Shown: positions 1 to 8,371 of the stretch, one piece after another
How positions within the stretch are numbered: position 1 is the stretch's first letter
Layout: each line of letters opens with the position of its first letter
NCBI GenBank assembly: GCA_036478295.1
Contig: JAZGDW010000062.1
Span: 1-29,668, forward strand
Reading direction: 5' to 3'
Length of the DNA stretch: 29,668 bases
Source: Candidatus Krumholzibacteriia bacterium
GTDB lineage: Bacteria; Krumholzibacteriota; Krumholzibacteriia; WVZY01
The notes under the pieces: generated by a model
The model's database searches: none
What the model was told of the DNA's origin: nothing
The model's input: the letters and a program-made list of their open reading frames with translations, nothing else
Program-made: the position numbers and the translations under genes

Positions 1-1
1 G

Positions 2-1075
2 TGGAACCAGGTTCATTTTCCCCGACGCTTCCTTTGTCCAGGTTACCGTGGCCTCCGCGAGATACTCTTGTGGGGGACTATACTTCGTTTCCACGACGAG
101 CACGTTGCATTCGGCGAGTCGGCATACGTTCTCCGTATTGCCTCCTATGTCCATGTCTTCATCACTGTGGATCCCAATGCGCCCCATTAGCACCAACCAT
201 GGTGAGCGCTGGCCAATAAATTCCAGGATCTTTGCGTAGGCTTTTCCGTCGAGAAGCTGCGTCGATATCTCTAAGCCCTCCGCCCCACCAATTCGCTTGG
301 CGACGTCCAAATGGGATTGATAGATCTTGGCCAGGCCCGAATCGATGATGTCCTCGTGCAGCTTCTCCTGCTCCTCGAACTTGAACACCTCTCTGGCCTT
401 GTCCGTGATCACTCTGTTTATGGCGCTGAACATCGCGTAATGGAAGTACGGATCGAAGCAGCTGATCGCAATCATTTTCTTCTGGAATGACTTTGCGAGC
501 GCAAGGCCGCGTTTCAGCGCGCCCCAACTTCGCGAGCTGCCGTCCAAACAAACCACTACTTCATCAGATCCATTTTCTTCCATACTCTTGTTGCAGATAA
601 AGACATCTCTGCGTACGCGCCGGAGCAACCTCTCCGTGACCGTCCCCAGCTGTGACACCGCAACCCTCCCCACGCCGTGCCCGCCGAGCACAATCAGGTC
701 GTAATCCTTAGCGTTTATATCCTTTGCCAGCTCCCGCCAATTCTTACCCTCTAGCGAGACGCCGCAAAACGGAATACCGCTTTCTCTGCAAGACTGTTCC
801 ATTGCGCAAAGGTACGAATCCGTTATCAGCTCGAGGCCTTGCGTTATGAGAGAATCATGAATATTTCGCTGGTGCTCCAGAGCGTTCTCTTCCCGATATT
901 CCTCAGGCAACCCGCCTTCCATCATCTTGAATCGGCGTTCGTGCAACTTTGCCGCATACACGTGACTGCCGTGCAGTTTCGCGTCGTCCGCCCTGCCGAT
1001 CGATATGGCGTACTGAGCCGCTGCGTTTGACAGTTCCGACCCGTCGATTCCGACGTATATGTCTCTGTAATTCAG
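2..1075 (-). CDS. Tandem universal stress protein (2 USP domains), probably followed by a PCP_red-like domain; 3' end runs off the window
   Basis: Not in the ORF track. My translation is open from 1075 to the window edge: (M)NYRDIYVGIDGSELS...YDLIVLGGHGVG...LGTVTERLLRRVRRDVFI (USP1), EVVVCLDGSSRS...LVLMGRIGIH...IGGNTENVCRLAECNVLVV (USP2), then VTWTKEASGKMNLVP. An in-frame TGA lies 7 codons upstream, so the start is probably CTG at 1075. Confidence 0.88.
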   Translation of the reverse strand, partial: MNYRDIYVGIDGSELSNAAAQYAISIGRADDAKLHGSHVYAAKLHERRFKMMEGGLPEEYREENALEHQRNIHDSLITQGLELITDSYLCAMEQSCRESGIPFCGVSLEGKNWRELAKDINAKDYDLIVLGGHGVGRVAVSQLGTVTERLLRRVRRDVFICNKSMEENGSDEVVVCLDGSSRSWGALKRGLALAKSFQKKMIAISCFDPYFHYAMFSAINRVITDKAREVFKFEEQEKLHEDIIDSGLAKIYQSHLDVAKRIGGAEGLEISTQLLDGKAYAKILEFIGQRSPWLVLMGRIGIHSDEDMDIGGNTENVCRLAECNVLVVETKYSPPQEYLAEATVTWTKEASGKMNLVP

Positions 1076-1283
1076 GGTTCCTTGCTTTCTCTTTCAACCA
1101 CGTCGGCGCGGGCGCTTCCCTAGTACCTGATGGGGTAGTTCAAGTGTTCTTTCACTTCACAAACAACTTCGAGGTTGGCACAAGCTCTTGGTACATTCCG
1201 GACACAAAATTAGCAGACAGTTGTTTCCGTAACAAGGGTTTTTGTCTCGTTTGCGGAACCAATGCTAATAGAGCTGGCCATTA

Positions 1284-1322
1284 ATGACCATTGTCAGGCA
1301 AACAAATCATGACATTTGTCAA
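1284..1322. promoter_or_regulatory. Two FNR/CRP-family-like palindromes
   Basis: ATGAC-CATT-GTCAG (1284-1297) and ATGAC-ATTT-GTCAA (1309-1322), both TGAC-N4-GTCA, resemble FNR TTGAT-N4-ATCAA. They lie in a divergent intergenic region. Confidence 0.6.
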
Positions 1323-1356
1323 TAAACACGGCCGTCCAAGATTTCGTTGCGTTTGC

Positions 1357-1385
1357 TTGACAGTTGTTTAGCCAAAGTGTAACAT
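1357..1385 (+). promoter_or_regulatory. Sigma70-type promoter
   Basis: TTGACA (1357-1362), 17 nt spacer, TAACAT (1380-1385), oriented toward the CDS at 1561. Confidence 0.6.
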
Positions 1386-1560
1386 CTGCGCTGCTTGAAT
1401 CCGGCTTGATCGATTGCTGACGCTTGGTACCCGTGACCTTCGGCCTGAATGATGGACACCGGTCTCGTCTTCTGAATCGAGTTTACTGGTTACCACGAGT
1501 TGAATCAGCGTGCGGACCGGGAGAGCGAAGTGTAACCCCACACCAACCAACAGGAGTTGA

Positions 1561-2292
1561 ATGATGAAAAGTCGTTTTCAATTTCCAACGTTCTCCGCAC
1601 TTTGTATTTCGTTAGTCCTCTGTGCAAACACCGCGTCAGCCTACGAGGAAACACCCGTCGCCAATGGGGGCAGGGTCACGGGGACGGTCAAGTTGAAGGG
1701 AAAAGTGCCGGCCGCCGGCTCGCTGGAAGTCGCAACGGACCAGGCCACCTGCGGTCACCGTGTCACGGACGAGAGCCTGGTCGTGCACGAGGGAATGATT
1801 CAGAACGTCGTCGTATCGATCGACGGCATCACCGCCGGAAAAAAACCGGAGAAGACCAATCAGCACCTGAACAACCTGGAATGCCGTTACGTGCCCCACG
1901 TGCAAACGATCCAGGCGGGCGCGTCGCTTATCATCGAGAACGCCGACTCAATCCTCCACAACACTCACGGGAACTACGAAAACGGCCGCACCGCTTTCAA
2001 CCTTGCCCTCCCCCGCCAGGGAGTGCAGATCAAGAAGCGGATCAGGAAACCTGGGATCATCACCATGAAGTGTGATGCCGGGCACACCTGGATGAGTGCC
2101 TACGTGCATGTCTTTGCGCATCCCTACCACGCGGTAACCGGAAAAGACGGAACTTTCTCGATCTCGGACATTCCCGCTGGTACGTACACCTTCTCCGTCT
2201 GGCACGAGACGCTCGCCTCGAAGAAGGTCGAAGTGACGGTTGAGGCGGGAAAGACCGTGACGGTCTCGATCGAACTGGAGGGGCCCGAGTAG
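1561..2292 (+). CDS. Secreted protein with a cupredoxin-like core and a carboxypeptidase-regulatory-like Ig domain
   Basis: Signal peptide (...ANTASA), AGGAG RBS, 'CRYVPHV', 'NADSILHNTH', 'KCDAGHTWMSAYV', 'HPYHAVTGKDGTFSISDIPAGTYTFSVWHE'. Confidence 0.75.
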   Translation: MMKSRFQFPTFSALCISLVLCANTASAYEETPVANGGRVTGTVKLKGKVPAAGSLEVATDQATCGHRVTDESLVVHEGMIQNVVVSIDGITAGKKPEKTNQHLNNLECRYVPHVQTIQAGASLIIENADSILHNTHGNYENGRTAFNLALPRQGVQIKKRIRKPGIITMKCDAGHTWMSAYVHVFAHPYHAVTGKDGTFSISDIPAGTYTFSVWHETLASKKVEVTVEAGKTVTVSIELEGPE

Positions 2293-2366
2293 TCGTGTCT
2301 CAACCAACCACACTTAGTTAGCGGTCAAATTATGAACAACAAGAGCTTGTCTTGAAGGGATATAAA

Positions 2367-2380
2367 TTGATTTTCGTCAA
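2367..2380. promoter_or_regulatory. FNR-like box in a convergent intergenic region
   Basis: TTGAT-TTTC-GTCAA, a 9/10 match to TTGAT-N4-ATCAA. Confidence 0.45.
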
Positions 2381-2475
2381 AGGAGATTAACCAAAGGCGG
2401 TGTGAGGACCCGGGAGCCGATGTCCGGCCGAGGGGCACAATCAGGCGCCAGGTTCGGGCTCCAGAATGCTGCACG

Positions 2476-3435
2476 CTACAGAACTGATTTCAGGCGCTCT
2501 CGGTCAACGTTGCCCCCACTCAGCAGGCACAAGACACGGGCGCCGGCCGGCACGATGATCTTGCCCGCGAGTAGCGACGCGAGTCCAGCGGCGGCGGCCG
2601 GCTCTGCGGTTACCTTGCACCGTTCGATGATCAGCGCCATGGCCTGCAGGATTTCGTCATCGGTAACGATCACCATGTCATCGACGAGCGACCGTGCGTG
2701 GGCGAGTGTGTGTTTTCCTACGAACGGTGCTGACAGACCGTCTGCAATCGTATCGACGTGTTCGAGGTGCACCGGCTCGCCTTTCTCCAGGCTGCGGCTC
2801 ATGGTGGGCGCCCCCTCCGGCTCGACGCCGATAACCCGCGTGTCCGGTTTCTTCGCTTTGATCGCGGCTGCGACTCCGGAGATGATCCCCCCACCCCCGA
2901 CCCCAACCACGACTATATCGACATCCGGCAGGTCTTCGAGGATCTCGGCACCGACCGTTCCCTGTCCTGCGATGATGTGCAGATCATCGAAGGGGTGGAC
3001 CAAGGTCAGGCCGCGTTCTTTCTGAATGGAGAGGCACGTCTCCAGCAGGTCGTCTTCGGTGAGGATGACCTCGCCACCGTAGCCGCGGGTCGCTTCGACC
3101 TTGCTGCGAACGCTCGCCGCCGGCATCACCACGCTCGCCGCGATGCCCCACTGCGCGGCACCCCACGCGAGCGCCTGGGCGTGGTTCCCGGCCGACAGGG
3201 TGATGACCCCCCTTCGCCGGGCCTCGTCGCCCAGGTGGTGCAGCTTGTTCAGCACTCCGCGCACCTTGAACGATCCGGTCTTCTGGAAGAGCTCCAGCTT
3301 GAAGTACAGGCGGACACCCAACTGCTCTCCCAGGTAGGAAGACGTGACCACCGGTGTGTGGTGGAGCCTGCCCGCGATCACATCCCGGGCAGCCAGGATG
3401 TCCGCGTATTCGACCAGTTGCACACCGGAACTCAC
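2476..3435 (-). CDS. PLP-dependent threonine/serine dehydratase (fold type II, no regulatory domain)
   Basis: FQKTGSFKVRG (PLP lysine), SAGNHAQ, HPFDD, GVGGGG, IADGL, LSGGN. Likely start GTG 3435 with GGGAG 7 nt upstream; the ORF-track start at 3594 overlaps moaE. Confidence 0.9.
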   Translation of the reverse strand: MSSGVQLVEYADILAARDVIAGRLHHTPVVTSSYLGEQLGVRLYFKLELFQKTGSFKVRGVLNKLHHLGDEARRRGVITLSAGNHAQALAWGAAQWGIAASVVMPAASVRSKVEATRGYGGEVILTEDDLLETCLSIQKERGLTLVHPFDDLHIIAGQGTVGAEILEDLPDVDIVVVGVGGGGIISGVAAAIKAKKPDTRVIGVEPEGAPTMSRSLEKGEPVHLEHVDTIADGLSAPFVGKHTLAHARSLVDDMVIVTDDEILQAMALIIERCKVTAEPAAAAGLASLLAGKIIVPAGARVLCLLSGGNVDRERLKSVL

Positions 3436-3493
3436 AGCCCGGCTCCCGTTCCCTTTCCGTTCCTGTAATTGACTTCCAAACCGGGGCTCTTCA

Positions 3494-3922
3494 TCATGCT
3501 TCCTTTCGAGGCGCGTCCTGGGGCGAGAGCCACTTCGCCCGATGATCGGCATAGCGCTCCTTTTTCCAGATCGGCACGCACTTCTTGATGTCATCGATCA
3601 CGGCCTGGCATGCATCAAAGGCGGCTTTGCGGTGCGGCGCCGTTACGATCACGAGCAGCGAGGTTTCACCGGCGGCGACCTCACCGATCCGGTGGCGGAC
3701 ATCCACGACGCTGACCGTAAAGCGGGTCCGGACATCCTCGACGATTCGTTCGAGCTCTCGCTCGGCCAGCGCCCGGTAGCAATCGTAGTATATGCCGGTC
3801 ACACGGCGTCCATGGTCTTCACGCCTGACGACACCCTCGAACGTCACCAACGCGCCGTTCCGGGTGTCCCGCGCTCTCGCCACGGTATCGTCGACGATTA
3901 TGGGCTCGTCGGTTATGAACAT
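3494..3922 (-). CDS. moaE: Molybdopterin synthase catalytic subunit
   Basis: GALVTFEGVVR, HRIG..GETS, APHRKAAF, PIWKKE. Confidence 0.95.
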   Translation of the reverse strand: MFITDEPIIVDDTVARARDTRNGALVTFEGVVRREDHGRRVTGIYYDCYRALAERELERIVEDVRTRFTVSVVDVRHRIGEVAAGETSLLVIVTAPHRKAAFDACQAVIDDIKKCVPIWKKERYADHRAKWLSPQDAPRKEA

Positions 3923-4171
3923 CTAACCTCCCGCAAAGGGCGTAATCAGGGCAAGGCAGTCGCCGTCACTCAACCGGTAGTCCGCGGCGACGTATTGCTC
4001 GTTCACGGCGAACATCAGCGGCAGGCGTGCGATCGCCGGGTCGGGAACCTCTTTCAGCAGCTCGGCGGCAACGCGCTCGACCGTGGTGCCCTCCCGGACT
4101 CCCCGGCTCAGCCGCTCCGCCGCGAAGGCCTCCTTGAGCTGTGCGAAGAGGAGCAATTCGATTCTGATCAC
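3923..4171 (-). CDS. moaD: Molybdopterin synthase sulfur carrier subunit
   Basis: 82 aa; LLFAQLKE, AVNEQY, C-terminal PFAGG di-glycine. Confidence 0.95.
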   Translation of the reverse strand: MIRIELLLFAQLKEAFAAERLSRGVREGTTVERVAAELLKEVPDPAIARLPLMFAVNEQYVAADYRLSDGDCLALITPFAGG

Positions 4172-5391
4172 GGTATCTCCTCGGCATGGGGCAGTCGAAG
4201 CGTTTCCACTCCGCGTCCTCTCTCGATGCGGGCCCCGTCGGGAGGAATAACGAGGATGCGGTCCGTTTCCGCGAGTGACGTAACCATGTGCGATCCCTGC
4301 CTGGGAAGTTTGTCAACACCGGCCCTCGGCCGCTTGCGCGTTTTCCCCTTCAGCATGAGCCAGCGCTCCGCATCGGGTTCAACCGGGTCTTCTATAGGCA
4401 GTACGCTGCCCGCGAGGTGATCCTTGCGCTTGCCGGCGAGAAGTTGCAGCGCCGGGTAGACATACAAGTAGAAACAGGTAAACGCGCTCGCCGGGTTGCC
4501 TGGCAATCCGAAGACGAGGCGCCGGCCCTTGACTCCAAAATAGATGGGCTTGCCCGGTTTCTGGCGGACACGCCAGAACACCTCGCGCACCCTCAGTTTC
4601 TTCAGCACTCTCCTTAGATAATCACGATCCCCGACGGACACACCGCCCAGGACGATCAGCACGTCGCTCTTGTCGAGTGCCGCGCCGACCGCGTTGGCGA
4701 GCGCCGTGTAGTGATCCTTGATCCGGCGGCATCGCGCCTGCGGCATGGCCATTTGTTCGAGCATGGCCGAGACCATATAAGAGTTACTGTCGTAGATTTG
4801 CCCCGCCCCGAGCTTCGTTCCCGGTTCTACGGCCTCGTCGCCGGTACTTATCACGGAAACGACTGGCTTGCGAACGACACGTACGGTCTTCTTGCCGACC
4901 GATGCCAGGCACGCGATGACACCCGGATGAATGTACTGTCCTCTCCGCAGGACTACTTCGTTTCGTCCAATTTCATCTCCCCTGCGACGGACGTGGCGGT
5001 GCTTTTCAACCGCCTGGCGTACGACGAGCGTCGATCCTTCTACGTGCGCCCGCTCTTTCGGAATCACGGCATCGACACCGCGTGGCAGCGGTGCACCGGT
5101 CATGATGCGGCACGCCTCGCCTTTGCCGATCGTGTGTGCCCGGTTGTCGCCGGCAAAGATGCTCTGCACGATGCTGAGGCACACGGGACGATCCGGCGTC
5201 GCGCGCCTGCTCGCCGACGAGCGAAGGGCGAAACCGTCCATCGCCGAGTTGTCGAACCGCGGCAGGGGCATCGCCGTGCGGACGTCTTGCGCCAGCACGT
5301 ACCCAAGCGCTGACGAGAGGGAAACCGCAGTCCTCCCCAGGGGTGCGCAGTGCGAATCGATCAAACGGCGGGCTCTCGGTGGTGTAATCAT
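4168..5391 (-). CDS. moeA: Molybdopterin molybdotransferase
   Basis: SAMDGFA, IMTGAPLP, STGDE, IYDSN, GGVSVGDRD, KPGKP, LPGNPAS. Confidence 0.95.
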   Translation of the reverse strand: MITPPRARRLIDSHCAPLGRTAVSLSSALGYVLAQDVRTAMPLPRFDNSAMDGFALRSSASRRATPDRPVCLSIVQSIFAGDNRAHTIGKGEACRIMTGAPLPRGVDAVIPKERAHVEGSTLVVRQAVEKHRHVRRRGDEIGRNEVVLRRGQYIHPGVIACLASVGKKTVRVVRKPVVSVISTGDEAVEPGTKLGAGQIYDSNSYMVSAMLEQMAMPQARCRRIKDHYTALANAVGAALDKSDVLIVLGGVSVGDRDYLRRVLKKLRVREVFWRVRQKPGKPIYFGVKGRRLVFGLPGNPASAFTCFYLYVYPALQLLAGKRKDHLAGSVLPIEDPVEPDAERWLMLKGKTRKRPRAGVDKLPRQGSHMVTSLAETDRILVIPPDGARIERGRGVETLRLPHAEEIP

Positions 5392-6137
5392 ATCGCACTC
5401 CAGATAAGCCGGATGGACACGAACAGAATCAGGACAGCCAGCATCCGGCGCACGCCGGCGATCCGCAGGCGGTAGGCGCCCAGCCGTGACCCGATCTGGC
5501 CGCCGAGTATCACCGCCAGCACCAGGGGGATGATCATGCCGTCGATGTAGACGCCTTTCGACAGCTGTCCGAGGAGCCCCGCCCCCGAGTTAACGATGAT
5601 GAACAGGGCCGCCGCGGCTGCAGCCTGCTTGGCGTTCGCCCAGCCGGTCAGGATCAGCACCGGGGCGAGGAATATCCCCCCGCCGATGCCCACAACACCG
5701 GCCAGAAAACCGAGCGCCCCGCCGATGGGCAGGCCGAGCCTCCACGCCTGCTTTCCCGACAGAATGTTCCCGACGACTGTTCTGCGGTCCGGAACGAACG
5801 TGCGTGCGCCGGCGGCGAAGAGCGATACCCCGAGCAGGATGAGGAAGAGTTCCCTCCCGACTGGGAGTCGCCCACCGACGAACGCCATCGGGATCGACAG
5901 CACGATGAAGGGAACGACCTTTTTGAAATTCAGATGTCCGCCTTTGTAGAAATGCCACACGCCGCCGGCGCTCACCACAAGATTGCACACCAGGGCGATC
6001 TGGGGAATCGTGTAATACGGCAACCCGATCAACACGAGGACTGCGAGGTAGGACGAACCACCGCCAAACCCGACCGTCGCGTAGCAGAGTGCGACCGAAA
6101 AGAACACCAGCGGCAGCCAGAAAGGAATCGTTTCCAT
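5388..6137 (-). CDS. Sulfite exporter TauE/SafE (DUF81) family membrane protein
   Basis: Real start METIPFW at 6137 (TGATG overlap with the moaCB stop). About 8 TM segments, with the two repeats VGFGGGSSY and VGIGGGIFLAP. Confidence 0.9.
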   Translation of the reverse strand: METIPFWLPLVFFSVALCYATVGFGGGSSYLAVLVLIGLPYYTIPQIALVCNLVVSAGGVWHFYKGGHLNFKKVVPFIVLSIPMAFVGGRLPVGRELFLILLGVSLFAAGARTFVPDRRTVVGNILSGKQAWRLGLPIGGALGFLAGVVGIGGGIFLAPVLILTGWANAKQAAAAAALFIIVNSGAGLLGQLSKGVYIDGMIIPLVLAVILGGQIGSRLGAYRLRIAGVRRMLAVLILFVSIRLIWSAI

Positions 6138-7039
6138 CAATGACCCTGTCCTCGAATCATGGCAAACGCGTGAAAGACGCCGGGCAGAATTGCGTTCAAC
6201 GATTCCTCCGTTCCCCGTGACGATCCCGGCAGGTTGACGATGATCGTGCGCCCACACACGCCGGCCAGCCCGCGGGCCAGCATGGCGTAGGGGGTGCGGT
6301 CCTGGCCGTACGCCCGCATAGCCTCTGCGATGCCGGGGATTTCTCTCTCGATGACGCGGCGCGTCGCCTCCACCGTCACGTCGCGCGGACCGAGCCCCGT
6401 CCCCCCTGTGGTCAGGACGAGATCGATACCGCGCTGCACCAGAGTCTGCAGTGCCGCCGTGATCGTCGACTCTTCGTCGGGCAGCACCTCGTAGCCGGGC
6501 GTCAGGCCCAGGGCTTCGAGCCGAACTCGGATGACCTGACCCGAACGGTCTTCCCGCGTCCCTTCGAACGTGCCGTCGGACGTCACCAGTATCGACGCCT
6601 GGAAACCTTCCGGGAATCGCTGCGGGAAATCGCGCTTGCCTCCCCTCTTCGATTCCAGTTTGACGGTCTGAATCTCGATACCAGTGTCGATCGGTTTGAG
6701 CATGTCGTAAATAGTGAGCGCCGCGGTCGATACCGCGGTCAGCGCTTCCATCTCGACCCCGGTCTTGGCGACCGCTTCTACCGTCGCGCGTATGTCCACG
6801 CAATCGCTTCCCACTTCGAAGGTAATTTCCACCAGGTCGACGGGCAGCGGGTGACAATACGGGATGATTTCAAAAGTCTTCTTGGCGCAATACGTTCCCG
6901 CGACGCGGGCCACGGCGAGAACGTCTTTCTTGGGAAGATCGTTCGATTGCAAACGCTCGATCGCCGATGTGCTGGCCTTGACGCGCCCCACGGCAACGGC
7001 GCGGCGCAACGTCGATGTTTTTGCCGTCACCGATTTCAT
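6137..7039 (-). CDS. moaCB: Bifunctional MoaC / MoaB(MogA) fusion
   Basis: N-half: KKDVLAVARVAG, IPYCHPL, KTGVEMEALT, TIYDMLK, KRGGK. C-half: SD..DRSG, TTGGTGLGPRDVT, NLPGS. Confidence 0.95.
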   Translation of the reverse strand: MKSVTAKTSTLRRAVAVGRVKASTSAIERLQSNDLPKKDVLAVARVAGTYCAKKTFEIIPYCHPLPVDLVEITFEVGSDCVDIRATVEAVAKTGVEMEALTAVSTAALTIYDMLKPIDTGIEIQTVKLESKRGGKRDFPQRFPEGFQASILVTSDGTFEGTREDRSGQVIRVRLEALGLTPGYEVLPDEESTITAALQTLVQRGIDLVLTTGGTGLGPRDVTVEATRRVIEREIPGIAEAMRAYGQDRTPYAMLARGLAGVCGRTIIVNLPGSSRGTEESLNAILPGVFHAFAMIRGQGH

Positions 7040-7041
7040 TG

Positions 7042-8046
7042 CTAACCTCCGATGCTTCTGATCAACGGTCCGCTCGTAGCATACGACTTGGCGGACGACG
7101 GGCCGTCAAAGGGCTCATCGGCGAACTGGCTGCCAGCTGGTTTGCCTGCTACTGCGTAACGAATGACGTCGGCCACCCGTTCATCCGTCGCGTTCTCTCG
7201 CAGCAGGCCGCCCACGGCGACCTCGAAGTCCGAGAAGAGGCACGGGCGGATATTGCCGTCGGCGGAAACGCGTATCCTGGAGCAATTCTCGCAAAACGGC
7301 TCGCTCAGAGGCGCGATGAAGCCCACCCGTCCCCGACCGCCGGAGAGCGAGAATGTCTGTGCCGGGCGGTCGCCTCGCGGGCGCTCGGTCATCTCAAAAC
7401 GTTGCGCGATTAGTTCGCGGACACGGCCAATAGGATATACCAGATCGGGCCGCCAGCCGCTGCCACAAAGGGGCATGAACTCCAGAAAGCGAACCTCTAG
7501 TTCGTGATCCACCGCCAGCCGGACGAACGCGAGTATTTCGTCATCGGTGATTCCCCGCATGACCACAACGTTGAGCTTGACCGGAAAACCGTGGTGCACC
7601 GCAGCGTCGATCCCGTCGCGAACCCGCTGATAGTGGGCGTAGCGGGTGACACGGGCAAAGCGGTCCGGGTCGAGACTGTCCAGGCTGACGTTGACGCGGT
7701 CGAGCCCTGCCCTGCGCAGCGGCCCGGCCAGTTTGGCCAGGTTGCTGCCGTTCGTCGTCACCGACAGTTCCCGCACGAACGTTATCCGTTTCAGTGCGGC
7801 GACGATGGCTATCACTTCTTTTCGAAGCAGCGGCTCTCCGCCGGTCAACCGGAAACGGCTCACACCGAGGGCACCGATCACGCGGGCGAATCGAGCGATC
7901 TGCTCGACGGTCAAGTAGTGAGCAGTGGGCATGACCGAAAGGCCTTCCGGAGGCATGCAGTACACGCAGCGGAAATTGCAGCGGTCGGTCAGGGAGATAC
8001 GAAGCGTCGTAACCCGACGCCCAAAGGAGTCGATGAGTGCGGACAA
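7042..8046 (-). CDS. moaA: GTP 3',8-cyclase (radical SAM)
   Basis: LIDSFGR, LRISLTDRCNFRCVYC, LTGGEP, FLEFMP, FCENCSRIR...PCL, C-terminal IGG. Start TTG 8046 with AAGGAG 6 nt upstream. Confidence 0.96.
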   Translation of the reverse strand: MSALIDSFGRRVTTLRISLTDRCNFRCVYCMPPEGLSVMPTAHYLTVEQIARFARVIGALGVSRFRLTGGEPLLRKEVIAIVAALKRITFVRELSVTTNGSNLAKLAGPLRRAGLDRVNVSLDSLDPDRFARVTRYAHYQRVRDGIDAAVHHGFPVKLNVVVMRGITDDEILAFVRLAVDHELEVRFLEFMPLCGSGWRPDLVYPIGRVRELIAQRFEMTERPRGDRPAQTFSLSGGRGRVGFIAPLSEPFCENCSRIRVSADGNIRPCLFSDFEVAVGGLLRENATDERVADVIRYAVAGKPAGSQFADEPFDGPSSAKSYATSGPLIRSIGG

Positions 8047-8050
8047 TGGC

Positions 8051-8177
8051 TTCTCCTTTACAAGTCGTCGCGGAGGCCGTTTACGGTCCCGCAATTCGGA
8101 AGGCACACGCCGTTTCCCGCGTGGCCCTATCGTTTCAGATCCGTAGCAACACGCCTTAGGTCTCTGAAATCGGAGAA
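8051..8177 (-). ncRNA. Moco/Tuco-class riboswitch in the moaA leader
   Basis: Minus strand reads TTCTCCG-atttcaga-ga-CCTAAG...TACGG-a-tctgaaa-cgat-AGGG-ccacgc-gGGAAACg-gcgtg-tGCCTTCCG...TAAAGGAGAA, the ordered Moco-motif landmarks. P1 TTCTCC/GGAGAA sequesters the moaA RBS. Confidence 0.85.
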
Positions 8178-8371
8178 TGACGTGGCAACCCATCACCCGT
8201 GGTTGCCCGTCAATCAAGATAGTAGTGATTTCGATCGGCCTTCGCAACCCCGAATTGGAGAGTGAGGCCCCGCCTCGCTGCCGCCCGACTCGGCGAAGGC
8301 ACCTGTCTCCCGGGAAACCTCTCTTCGTTTTTCTTGCCATTTCCCCAGGGGACCGTAGAATCGCAGCCAGG

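Noticed and set aside
162..551. ORF-track 129-aa ORF and other short ORFs in 1-1284
   Set aside because: Alternate-frame or antisense shadows of the USP gene.
1175..1193. TTGGCAC...TTGG sigma54-like site
   Set aside because: Spacing is one base off and the -12 element lacks GC.
2402..3025. 207-aa plus-strand ORF after the orphan FNR box
   Set aside because: Antisense shadow of the dehydratase with Ser/Arg-rich non-protein composition.
6138..6857. 240-aa N-terminal extension of the TauE ORF
   Set aside because: Off-frame overlap with moaCB; the real start is 6137.
8047..8340. N-terminal extension of MoaA
   Set aside because: Runs through the riboswitch; the RBS and family start support TTG 8046.
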